A stretch of DNA of 32,000 nt from Mycolicibacterium smegmatis (lineage in GTDB: Bacteria > Actinomycetota > Actinomycetes > Mycobacteriales > Mycobacteriaceae), in the NCBI RefSeq assembly GCF_001457595.1, contig NZ_LN831039.1, positions 2,640,001-2,672,000 of the forward strand. Reading direction: 5' to 3'. Under the pieces are notes generated by a model. The model worked only from the letters and a program-made list of their open reading frames with translations, was not told where the DNA came from and ran no database searches. The translations under genes were made by a program, and so were the position numbers. Below, in pieces: positions 24,275-32,000 of the stretch. The first letter of the stretch is position 1, and each line of letters starts with the position of its first letter.

Positions 24275-25147
24275 ATGGCAGGACGACCCATACACACCTT
24301 CGCGGTGGTGCGTCGTGAAGAGTTGACACCGCACATGGTCAGGCTGGTGCTCGGTGGCAACAACGCGGGCAGCGGTACAGGATTCGGCACGTTCAAGCCG
24401 AGTGAGTTCAGCGACTCCTACGTCAAGCTGGTCATCGTTCCCGAGGGTGTGGATGTCAGCTCGTTGCCACAACCACTGACACTGGACAGTTTTCAAGGTC
24501 TTCCCGAGGCGCAGCGGCCGACAGTGCGCACCTACACCGTCCGCAATGTGGACCCGGAACGTGGTGAGATCACCATCGACTTCGTCGTGCACGGTGAACT
24601 CGGCGTCGCGGGGCCGTGGGCGGCCTCGGCGGCGCCCGGACAGCCGGCGTACCTGATGGGGCCCAGCGGCGCCTTCTCGCCGGACCCAGCGGCGGATTGG
24701 TACCTGCTGGCCGGCGACGAGGCGGCGATCCCCGCGATCAGCACCGCGCTGGAAGCGTTGCCCGACAACGCAATCGGCAAAGCCTTCATCGAGGTTGCCG
24801 GTCCCGACGACGAACTTGAACTCAAGGCGCCTGCCGGTGTGGAGATCAAGTGGATCTACCGTGGTGGCCGTGCCGATCTGGTACCCGAAGACCGCGCGGG
24901 TGATCACGCGCCGCTGATCGACGCGGTCAAGGAGACACCGTGGCTGCCCGGTCAGGTGCAGGTGTTCATCCACGGCGAGGCGCAGGCGGTCATGCACAAC
25001 CTGCGGCCGTACATCCGCAAGGAGCGCGGCGTCGAGGCGAAGTGGGCGGCCTCGATCTCGGGGTACTGGCGGCGCGGCCGCACCGAGGAGACGTTCCGAC
25101 AGTGGAAGGCCGAGCTGGCGAAAGCCGAGGCTGAGGCCACTGCCTGA
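24275..25147 (+). CDS. Siderophore-interacting protein (ViuB-like FAD-binding ferric-siderophore reductase)
   Basis: 290 aa. GGAGGGG lies 4-5 nt upstream of the ATG. RTYTVR FAD-binding motif and a SIP-type C-terminus (YWRRGRTEE). It occupies the same position as viuB between dprA and xerC in M. tuberculosis. Confidence 0.85.
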   Translation: MAGRPIHTFAVVRREELTPHMVRLVLGGNNAGSGTGFGTFKPSEFSDSYVKLVIVPEGVDVSSLPQPLTLDSFQGLPEAQRPTVRTYTVRNVDPERGEITIDFVVHGELGVAGPWAASAAPGQPAYLMGPSGAFSPDPAADWYLLAGDEAAIPAISTALEALPDNAIGKAFIEVAGPDDELELKAPAGVEIKWIYRGGRADLVPEDRAGDHAPLIDAVKETPWLPGQVQVFIHGEAQAVMHNLRPYIRKERGVEAKWAASISGYWRRGRTEETFRQWKAELAKAEAEATA

Positions 25148-25171
25148 CCGGAAGCTGGCAGAGTAGCCGTC

Positions 25172-26335
25172 ATGGCCTACGGCGACTATCAGCTTGAGAT
25201 CTACCTGCAGGGCTTGGCCGGCGTGCTGCCGACCATGCCGATGGACTACGCCACGCTGGAAAGCAAGGCGCAGCATGCGATGCCCGCGTCGATCTGGTCG
25301 TACGTGGCCGGCGGCGCCGGTGACGAGCGCACCCAGCGGGTCAACCGCACCGCGTTCGATCGTTGGGGTCTCGTTCCGCGGATGCTCAACGCCCAACGCG
25401 AGCGCGATCTCTCGGTAGACCTGTTCGGTCTGCAGCTGCCGTCGCCGTTGTTCATGGCACCTATCGGGGTGCTCGGTATCTGTGGGCAGGACGGCCACGG
25501 TGATCTGGCAGGCGCCCAGGCGGCCGCGCGTACCGGGGTGCCGATGGTCGTCTCGACGCTCACCCAGGATCCGCTGGAGGACGTCGCCGCTCAATTCGGC
25601 GACACCCCAGGCTTTTTCCAGCTCTATACTCCGACCGATCGCGATCTCGCGGCGAGCTTCGTGCAGCGTGCGGAAACCGCAGGCTACAAGGCCATCGTCG
25701 TCACACTCGACACCTGGGTGCCGGGTTGGCGCCCGCGCGATCTGTCCACGTCGAACTTCCCGCAGTTGCGCGGCAAGTGCCTCGCCAATTACACCAGCGA
25801 TCCGGTGTTCCGCGCGGGACTGCCACAGCCTCCGGAGGAGAACCCGCAGGCCACCGTCCTTCGGTGGGTCAGCCAGTTCGGCAATCCGCTCACCTGGGCA
25901 GACCTTCCGTGGCTGCGTTCGCTGACCAAGCTGCCGTTGATCCTCAAAGGCATCTGTCATCCCGACGACGTCCGTCGCGCCAAAGACGAGGGCGTCGACG
26001 GCATCTACTGCTCCAACCACGGCGGACGTCAGGCCAACGGCGGTGTTCCGGCCATCGACTGCCTGCCCGGGGTCGTCGAGGCCGCCGACGGCCTGCCCGT
26101 GTTGTTCGACTCCGGTATCCGCAACGGCGCCGACATCGTCAAGGCTCTGGCACTCGGCGCCACCGCCGTGGGGGTCGGGCGACCGTACGTGTTCGGCCTC
26201 GCGCTCGGCGGGGTCGACGGCATCGTGCACGTTCTGCGTTCTTTGCTGGCCGAAGCCGATCTGATCATGGCGGTCGACGGCTATCCGTCCCTGGCGGATC
26301 TCACCCCTGACACGCTGCGTCGCGTCGACGCCTGA
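25172..26335 (+). CDS. FMN-dependent alpha-hydroxy-acid oxidase, lactate 2-monooxygenase-like
   Basis: 387 aa. Motifs [29 protein letters not shown] and [14 protein letters not shown]. From memory, overall similarity to the M. smegmatis lactate 2-monooxygenase includes the long loop insert after [14 protein letters not shown]. Confidence 0.82.
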   Translation: MAYGDYQLEIYLQGLAGVLPTMPMDYATLESKAQHAMPASIWSYVAGGAGDERTQRVNRTAFDRWGLVPRMLNAQRERDLSVDLFGLQLPSPLFMAPIGVLGICGQDGHGDLAGAQAAARTGVPMVVSTLTQDPLEDVAAQFGDTPGFFQLYTPTDRDLAASFVQRAETAGYKAIVVTLDTWVPGWRPRDLSTSNFPQLRGKCLANYTSDPVFRAGLPQPPEENPQATVLRWVSQFGNPLTWADLPWLRSLTKLPLILKGICHPDDVRRAKDEGVDGIYCSNHGGRQANGGVPAIDCLPGVVEAADGLPVLFDSGIRNGADIVKALALGATAVGVGRPYVFGLALGGVDGIVHVLRSLLAEADLIMAVDGYPSLADLTPDTLRRVDA

Positions 26336-26372
26336 GCCGAGTCGGGTAGCGGACTACTCGTGTTCGCTGAAG

Positions 26373-26386
26373 GTTGCCGCGGCAAC
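26373..26386. terminator. Perfect 14-nt palindrome GTTGCCGCGGCAAC between the lactate-monooxygenase-like and DUF5995-like genes
   Basis: Lies 38 nt after the stop at 26335 and has no U-tract. It could be a short terminator hairpin or a protein-binding site. Confidence 0.25.
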
Positions 26387-26432
26387 GATGAGATGCGATA
26401 CGCACCATCAGTGGCGATCTGAAGGAGATCTG

Positions 26433-27269
26433 ATGCCGCATGTGCCGCCGCCCTTGGCACCGCTCACCCCTGCGACGAGTCTGGACGACGTCGTCACCGC
26501 AATCGACTCGGTCATCGACTGGTCGATCGAAAACGAAAGCCGCCTGGGTTATTTCGCGGCACTGTACAAACGCATCACGGTCGCTGTGCGTACCGCCGTC
26601 GCTCACGGGGTGTTCGACGACGGCCCGCGGATGGAGCGCCTCGATGTGGCGTTCGCCAACCGCTACTTCGACGCGCTCAACGGCCGATTTCATCCGGACA
26701 GGTTTCCGCGGCCGACGCGGTCGTGGCAGGTGACGTTCGACGCGGCAAGCCGCGAGGACCCGATCATCCTGCAGCACATGTTCGCCGGGGTGAGCGCCCA
26801 CATCTGCCTGGACCTGGGGATCGCCGCGCACGCCGTGGCGCCTCCCAGACGCCTGCCGGAGTTGATGGCCGACTTCAATCGCATCAATGCGGTCCTCGCC
26901 AGTCAGATGGACGGCCTCGTCGCCGACCTCAACGAACTGTCGCCGGCGCTGGCCGATGTCTACGCCGTATTCATGGATCACCAGATCGTGTTGATCAACG
27001 AGGCGGTGCGGACCTTCAGGGATGACGCTTGGCGCTTTGCCACCTTTCTCGCCGCGCAGCCGGCGTTCACCCGTCCGGTCAGCATCCGGCTTCGCGATCA
27101 GCGGACCGCCCGGCAGGGCCGGCTGATCTTCGAGCCGCCCGGTGTGCTCGGGCTCATCGATTGGGCCCTGGAAACCATCGCGGCGCAAGAGAGCTGGGAC
27201 GTGGCGAAGAACATCCGCGTGCTCGACGAGATCGTCGGCATCCCTGCGCCGATCGCGACGACGTTGTGA
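26433..27269 (+). CDS. Conserved hypothetical protein (probably DUF5995 family)
   Basis: 278 aa from ATG 26433, with GAAGGAG 5 nt upstream. The track start at 26388 has no SD. Family recall (YFAALYKRIT....MERLDVAFANRYFDA) is not verified. Confidence 0.65.
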   Translation: MPHVPPPLAPLTPATSLDDVVTAIDSVIDWSIENESRLGYFAALYKRITVAVRTAVAHGVFDDGPRMERLDVAFANRYFDALNGRFHPDRFPRPTRSWQVTFDAASREDPIILQHMFAGVSAHICLDLGIAAHAVAPPRRLPELMADFNRINAVLASQMDGLVADLNELSPALADVYAVFMDHQIVLINEAVRTFRDDAWRFATFLAAQPAFTRPVSIRLRDQRTARQGRLIFEPPGVLGLIDWALETIAAQESWDVAKNIRVLDEIVGIPAPIATTL

Positions 27270-27359
27270 TGTCGTGACTCGCTCCGGGCGGTCGCGTGCC
27301 GGGACGCCACATGTCAGGGAGGCCTGCGGTGTCCCCGGCTGCCGAGCGGGCGGCGCCGA

Positions 27360-29060
27360 TCAGGCTGACTGACAGTCTGATTCGCCGTCGTCGCTGTCGT
27401 GGCCGCCTCTGTTCTCGCCGCTGTCTCTGTCTCCGTTCTTTCTGCTGTGGTCTCGGTTGTGACCCGTAGCTCCGCTGTTGCGGGCGTCGCCGCGCTCGGT
27501 GTCGGGGTGGTGGTTGGTGTTGGGTTGTTGGTGGTCTTGGTCGAGCAGTTCGGGTGGGATTGCCGGCTTTTCGCTGAGGTCGTTGCCACGGGCTATTGCG
27601 GTGTCTGGCTCGGTGTCTGCGGCCTGCTTCGCATGGGTCTCGCTGCCGGTCGTCTTGCTTGTCTGGCTCCTGCTGTCTGCGGTGTCGTCGGTGAACCCGC
27701 TTTTGATGTCTGCGAGGAGGGTTTCGGGGTGGTGGTAGGTGTTGGTGCGGTGTTGGCCGCGGTCGAGTAGTTGCGGTGGGATCCATTCGCATTGGCCGTG
27801 GTTGTTGATGCGGGTGGTCCATTTGTTGGGGGCCTCGCCGACGAGGCGGTTGTCACAGCCGCAGGCCAGGGCCAGAGCGTCGGCGTCGGTGAGTCCGCCT
27901 TTGGAGTAGTCGGTGGTGGCGTGGTGGGCTTGGCAGCGGTAGCCGTTGGCGGTGCATCCGGGGCGGGTGCAGCCGCGGTCGCGTGCCCAGATGGCCAGGC
28001 GCTGTCCGGCGGAGGCGGTGCGCCGGGCCCGCCCGAGGTAGAGCGGAACCCCGGTGTGTTCGTCGTAGACGGCGAGGTAGTGGTGGGCTTGGGTGGCCAG
28101 GCGGATCAGGTCGGGGATGGACAGTTTGGTGCCGCCGGCGGTGATCGCCACTCCGGCGGCTTTTTCGAGTTCTTGCAGGGTGGTGGTGATCAGCAGGGTG
28201 GCGGGTAGGCCGTTGATCTGGCCGAGGTCTTTGTGGGCGAGCAGCAGCCGCATGGCGGTGAGCATGGCGTCGTGGCGACGCTCGGACGCGCCGCGCTCGT
28301 CGTGGTCGATCTGCTGTTGTGAAGGCGTGCCGGAGACACACGGGGCCTCGTCGGCGGGGTTGCACATGCCGGGTGCGGCCAGTTTTTCGTCGATGGGGTC
28401 GAAGGTGGCTTTGAATTCGGCGCTGACCTTGCCGCGCAGGTGATAGGAACCGTCGGGTTGTTGGGGGCCGAAGGTGATGCCGAACGGTTTGGTGGGTGGG
28501 TTGTCGGTGGGGGCGGGCCCGTCTTGGTCGAGCAGGAACACGGCGTGGTCGACGGCTTGGCGCACGGTTTCGGGGTCGGCCCCGATGGCGCCGGTGACCA
28601 GTTTTTCTTCCAGCCGGCACTGTTCGGCGTAGGTGACCCAGTCGGGGCATTTGGTGAAGAATTTGAACAGCTCGGTGACGTGGTCGGGGGTCAGGGCGCC
28701 GTCGGCTTGGGCGGCGGCGATGTGTTCACGTTTGGGTGCCAAGGCTTCGCCGGTCATCGACACCCGGGGGCCCAACTCCGCGGCGTCGGCGCAGCGGCGG
28801 CGGGCTTCCTTGACCGAGATGCCCAGGCGGGTCGCCAGCACCAGCGGCCAGGATTTGGCGCCGATCGCCGCGGGGGTGGTCTGCGCACCCAGGGCGGCGA
28901 TGGCGCGGTGTTCGACGGCGGGGATGCGGTTGCGGGCGTCTTGTAGGCCGGCGCAGATGGTCAACAGTTCGGCGTCGGTGAGCGCACTGTGGGGGAGTGT
29001 GAGCAGGGTGTTGAGCGCAGCGTCCAGGGCTGCGACTGCGTCCTGCACTCCATCATCCAT
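27360..29060 (-). CDS. DUF222/HNH endonuclease, REP13E12-family protein with an extended low-complexity C-terminal tail
   Basis: N-terminal DUF222-like region (ALTDAELLTICAGLQDARNRIPAVEHRAIAAL). HNH-like core CTRPGCTANGYRCQAHHATTDYSKGGLTDADALALACGCDNR. The start is called at ATG 29060 because a complete promoter and operator sit in 29061-29090; the track start is TTG 29090. Confidence 0.85.
   Translation of the reverse strand: MDDGVQDAVAALDAALNTLLTLPHSALTDAELLTICAGLQDARNRIPAVEHRAIAALGAQTTPAAIGAKSWPLVLATRLGISVKEARRRCADAAELGPRVSMTGEALAPKREHIAAAQADGALTPDHVTELFKFFTKCPDWVTYAEQCRLEEKLVTGAIGADPETVRQAVDHAVFLLDQDGPAPTDNPPTKPFGITFGPQQPDGSYHLRGKVSAEFKATFDPIDEKLAAPGMCNPADEAPCVSGTPSQQQIDHDERGASERRHDAMLTAMRLLLAHKDLGQINGLPATLLITTTLQELEKAAGVAITAGGTKLSIPDLIRLATQAHHYLAVYDEHTGVPLYLGRARRTASAGQRLAIWARDRGCTRPGCTANGYRCQAHHATTDYSKGGLTDADALALACGCDNRLVGEAPNKWTTRINNHGQCEWIPPQLLDRGQHRTNTYHHPETLLADIKSGFTDDTADSRSQTSKTTGSETHAKQAADTEPDTAIARGNDLSEKPAIPPELLDQDHQQPNTNHHPDTERGDARNSGATGHNRDHSRKNGDRDSGENRGGHDSDDGESDCQSA
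27503..27560 (-). repeat. Degenerate second copy of the 58-nt segment at 27725-27782 (in-frame offset of 222 nt) inside the HNH gene tail
   Basis: Plus-strand CGGGGTGGTGGTTGGTGTTGG...GGTCGAGCAGTTCGGGTGGGAT versus CGGGGTGGTGGTAGGTGTTGG...GGTCGAGTAGTTGCGGTGGGAT, roughly three-quarters identical by eye. The encoded peptides are IPPELLDQDHQQPNTNHHP versus IPPQLLDRGQHRTNTYHHP. Confidence 0.7.
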
Positions 29061-29063
29061 GTA

Positions 29064-29079
29064 TCGAACACTAGTTCGA
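29064..29079. promoter_or_regulatory. Perfect mycobacterial LexA SOS box TCGAAC-ACTA-GTTCGA
   Basis: Exact match to the mycobacterial SOS-box consensus TCGAAC-N4-GTTCGA. It extends to the palindrome GTATCGAAC-ACTA-GTTCGATAC (29061-29082), immediately upstream of ATG 29060 of the HNH gene. Confidence 0.75.
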
Positions 29080-29090
29080 TACACCGACAA
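29068..29090 (-). promoter_or_regulatory. RecA-NDp (PafBC-type) DNA-damage promoter: TTGTCGGTG-N8-TAGTGT
   Basis: The minus strand from 29090 down to 29068 reads TTGTCGGTG TATCGAAC TAGTGT, an exact fit to tTGTCRgtg-N8-TAnnnT. The -10 ends 7 nt before ATG 29060 (leaderless geometry). Confidence 0.7.
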
Positions 29091-29333
29091 GAAACCTCAG
29101 TTTGTGACGGGTGTGATCAATGAGCCCATATTGGTCAAAGGTGTTGTTGTACAGCAAGTTACAGGAGAACACTCACCGGTCGGCGAGCGTGCGCCGAGTG
29201 CTGACACAACCCGGCGTGTCCACCGACAAACACGCACCCTCGCGGAGCAAGGTGAGGCGCGAAAGTGGTCACGCTGAGATTGCGGCGCGGCGCGTCGGAT
29301 GGACACGACCGGACGATCTGACACGGTGGGGGC

Positions 29334-30236
29334 ATGGAATCCGTGCTCGACCAGTTCGATGCCTACCTTGGCCTCGAACGCGGCCATTCCGACCACACTC
29401 GCAGGGCGTACCGGGGAGACCTGACGGCGCTGTTCGACTTCGTCGAGCAGCGCACGGGTGAGCGGAGCCTCGCGCGGGTGAGCCTACCGCTGCTGCGGTC
29501 GTGGTTGGCCGAACAGTCGGCGTCGGGTGCCGCGCGGACAACCCTTGCCAGGCGGACGTCGTCGGTGAAGACGTTCTGTGCGTGGGCGTTGCGGCGTGGC
29601 CTGATCGGCGTGGACCCGGCAGCGCGGCTGCAGGTGCCCAAGGCGCGGCGCACGCTGCCCGCCGTGCTGCGGCGCGACCAGGCGCTCGACGCGCTCGACG
29701 CGGTGAATTCAGGTGCGCAAGAAGGGGATCCGATCGCGCTGCGGGACCGGCTGATCGTCGAACTGCTCTACGCGACGGGGATCCGCGTGAGCGAGTTGTG
29801 CGGGCTCGACATCGACGACATCGACACCTCGCGGCGCGTGGTGCGGGTGCTGGGCAAGGGCAACAAGCAACGCACCGTCCCGTTCGGCGAGCCGGCCCAC
29901 GCGGCGCTGACGGCCTGGCTGACCGAAGGCAGGCCACAACTGTCGATCCCCGAATCGGGCCCGGCCCTGCTGCTCGGGGCCAGGGGGCGTCGCCTAGATC
30001 CGCGCCAGGCCCGCACCGTGGTGCACCAGACGGTCTCGGCCGTCAACGGCGCCCCCGACATCGGTCCGCACGGGCTGCGCCACAGCGCCGCCACGCATCT
30101 GCTCGAAGGCGGCGCCGACCTGCGCATCGTGCAGGAACTGCTCGGCCACACGTCGCTGGCCACCACCCAGCTCTACACCCACGTCACCGTCGAACGGCTC
30201 CGCGCCGTTCATGACCAGGCCCACCCACGCGCATGA
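29334..30236 (+). CDS. xerC: Tyrosine recombinase XerC
   Basis: 300 aa. N-terminal SAM-like domain ([23 protein letters not shown]). Catalytic boxes ATGIRVSEL and [41 protein letters not shown]. Conserved position after dprA/viuB. Confidence 0.92.
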
Positions 30237-31114
30237 TCCGTTCAGAAGTCGACCTGTCCGGCGGGCGGGTCTCCTACCTCACGTGGTCTCCCGAACGCCC
30301 GAGCGGCACCGTCGTCCTGTTGCACGGAGGCGGGGTCGACAACGCCGAATTGTCGTGGGGCGGAATCGCACCCGGGCTCGCCGCGGCGGGCTACCGTGTC
30401 GTCTGCCCCGACCATCCGGGTTACGGACACAGTCCACTGCCGGCCTTGCCGGTGACACAGGAGCGTCTGGTCGCCTACGTCGGCGATTTCGTCGACGCGG
30501 TCGTCGACGGTCGGTATGCCATCGGTGGGCTCTCGCTCGGCGGCGGCATGACGATCGGGCATGTGCTCGACCGCCCGGACCGGGTGACCGGAGCCATGCT
30601 GCTGGGCAGCTACGGCATCATGGCGAGACTGTCGGACGGACCGTTCTCGGCGATCAGGCAGGCGTTGACGTGGGCCATGGTCCGTACCGGGGTGATGGGC
30701 TCGGTGATGCGCTGGACCGCGCGAAACCGGACCGCGATGAACCAGAGCGTCGCGGCCATCATCCGAAACCGCGTCTACCGCACCGACGATCTGCTGCAGG
30801 CCGTGTACGCCGCCGCGGCGCAACCGGGTGGTTTCATCGCGTTCGAGCAGTGGCAGCGCGACCAGGTGCGGTGGAACCGGCAGCGCACCGACTACACCGA
30901 CCGCTTACGGACGTTTCCGCGTCCCGCGCTGATCGTGCACGGCGGCCGCGATACAGGTGTACCCGTCGCCCATGCGCGCGCCGCCGCGCGGTTGATACCG
31001 GACGCCACGCTGAAAGTCGTTGCCGAGGCGGGCCATTGGGTGCAGCGGGACGCACCCGATGTGGTGCTCGACGCGATGACGACATTCCTGGCCCGGATCA
31101 GCGCAACAGCTTGA
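30233..31114 (+). CDS. Alpha/beta-fold hydrolase
   Basis: 293 aa. ATG overlaps the xerC stop (ATGA 30233-30236). Oxyanion VVLLHGGG, nucleophile elbow GGLSLGG, C-terminal GHW(V) His box. Confidence 0.85.
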
Positions 31115-32000
31115 TCACCTCGGCGAGGTGCGGCATGGCCGATTCACGGCCCGCCCACGCGTCGATGACCGTCCAGTAGCTCACCCCGTACAGGCGTTGG
31201 CGCTCCGCGAGCGCCTCGGCCATCTGCTCGTAGGTCCCGATCAGGACGAAGGGCGATTCGAGCAGGACCGACGGCTCGGTGCCGAGGGTGCCTGCGAGTT
31301 CGGCCGCGGCCGCGGCCGGGTCCTCGGTGTGGGCGACGAATTGGATGAGCGCGTTGAGTTCGATCTGCTCGAAGCGCGCACCTGCCGCGTCGCGGACCAC
31401 GCCGATGCGGTCCAGCAGTCCTGCCGGGCCGAAGTGGGTCAGGCGGATCTCGGTGGCATCGTGGTTGTGGCTGAACCCGGCGAGGCCCGCGATATCGGCG
31501 ACGCGGCCCGCCAACTGCAGTACACGCGTGCCGTTTCCGCCGATGAGCAGCGGCACGGGAACCCCGGGTGGCGCCACGAGCTCACCTGCGGCACCGCGCA
31601 CACAGTAGTGCGAGCCGTCGACATCAACCGCCTCGCCTGCCAGCAGCGGCGCGATCACCGAGACGGCTTCGACAAGCCGGTCGACCCGCACGCCCCCGCG
31701 GTCGAATTTCACACCGACGGCGTCGTACTCGGATTTCATGTGTCCGGCGCCCAGACCGAGCTCGAAGCGCCCGCCCGACATGGCTGCCAGGGTGCCGGAT
31801 TCACGCGCTACGTCGACCGGATGACGGAGATCGTTGTTGAGCACCAACGTTCCGGTGTGCAAGTGGGACGTGACCGCACCCGCCGCTGCGCAAACGGCGA
31901 ACGGCGACAGAATCGGCGCGACGTGATCGGGCACCGTCAGCACGTCGAACCCGGAATCCTCGACGCCGCGGGCAAACTCGGCGAAGTCGGTGCCACGGGG
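31098..32000 (-). CDS. LLM-class (luciferase-like, probably F420-dependent) oxidoreductase; 5' end lies outside the window
   Basis: The frame stays open upstream of the track start (31943) to the window edge: PRGTDFAEFARGVEDSGFDVLTVPDH is the typical LLM N-terminal region, so the gene is truncated by the window. Its 3' end overlaps the convergent hydrolase gene by 17 nt. Confidence 0.82.
   Translation of the reverse strand, partial: PRGTDFAEFARGVEDSGFDVLTVPDHVAPILSPFAVCAAAGAVTSHLHTGTLVLNNDLRHPVDVARESGTLAAMSGGRFELGLGAGHMKSEYDAVGVKFDRGGVRVDRLVEAVSVIAPLLAGEAVDVDGSHYCVRGAAGELVAPPGVPVPLLIGGNGTRVLQLAGRVADIAGLAGFSHNHDATEIRLTHFGPAGLLDRIGVVRDAAGARFEQIELNALIQFVAHTEDPAAAAAELAGTLGTEPSVLLESPFVLIGTYEQMAEALAERQRLYGVSYWTVIDAWAGRESAMPHLAEVIKLLR

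Noticed and set aside
27399-27770. 123-aa hydrophobic Val/Gly/Ala/Leu-rich plus-strand ORF antisense to the HNH tail (also 27478-27738). It could be mistaken for a small membrane protein.
   Set aside because: It is the mirror image of Asp/Glu/Thr/Ser-rich codons on the coding strand. It has no SD or promoter and shows no independent motif.
27154-27822. 222-aa and other Pro/Arg/Thr-rich minus-strand ORFs overlapping the HNH tail in other frames (27314-27589, 27593-27856, 27853-28650).
   Set aside because: These are off-frame readings of the same low-complexity DNA. The frame continuous with the DUF222/HNH domains is the one reported.
29221-29229. A second TTGTCGGTG box on the minus strand, 130 bp upstream of the functional-looking one.
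   Set aside because: The sequence 8 nt downstream is GGGTTG, with no TAnnnT hexamer at any nearby spacing, and no start codon in register. It is probably a chance or vestigial copy.
27360-29333. Calling the DUF222/HNH gene a discrete mobile element (IS-like or homing element).
   Set aside because: I could not find terminal inverted repeats, target-site duplications or a transposase or integrase of its own in the flanks (27270-27359 and 29091-29333). Multicopy status cannot be tested from one window.
1-32000. A search for rRNA, tRNA, CRISPR arrays, riboswitch-like leaders, or defence-system gene pairs (toxin-antitoxin, restriction-modification, and similar).
   Set aside because: No tRNA-like T-arm or acceptor patterns were seen. 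There are no regularly spaced direct repeats beyond the two short tandem duplications reported, and no methyltransferase, restriction or small paired ORFs. Intergenic space is too small except at 20771-21176 and 29091-29333.

Overview
High-G+C actinobacterial chromosome segment, Mycobacterium/Mycolicibacterium-like by gene order. It is almost fully coding: 30 protein genes are supported, and I saw no rRNA, tRNA or CRISPR array. The left ~20.8 kb (1-20770) looks like an accessory catabolic island built from tightly coupled units. (i) A partial SSADH-like aldehyde dehydrogenase. (ii) A GntR regulator plus an Asp/Glu-racemase-superfamily gene, divergent from a 953-aa FAD/Fe-S oxidase. (iii) A minus-strand operon: maleate-isomerase/EutA-like, creatinase/ectoine-hydrolase-like M24, class I/II aminotransferase, M20 deacylase. 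(iv) Divergent from that: D-2-hydroxyacid dehydrogenase, amidase, small DUF3830-like protein, SGNH hydrolase. (v) An eight-gene minus-strand operon: IclR, PEP-mutase/isocitrate-lyase-family lyase, LeuC/LeuD-like hydratase, NitT/TauT-type ABC importer. The two divergent promoter regions share the palindrome ATTGT(C/T)GACAAT. After a 406-bp lower-G+C spacer comes the conserved mycobacterial block yraN, comM-like, dprA, viuB-like ... xerC. That block is interrupted by a lactate-2-monooxygenase-like gene, a DUF5995-like gene and a DUF222/HNH (REP13E12-family) gene. The HNH gene's apparent leaderless start is preceded by a perfect mycobacterial SOS box interleaved with a perfect RecA-NDp (PafBC-type) promoter motif. 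The window ends with an alpha/beta hydrolase and a partial LLM-class oxidoreductase. All family calls come from motif recognition by eye; no database search or computation was possible, and start codons are inferred from gene packing, SD sequences and -10 geometry.
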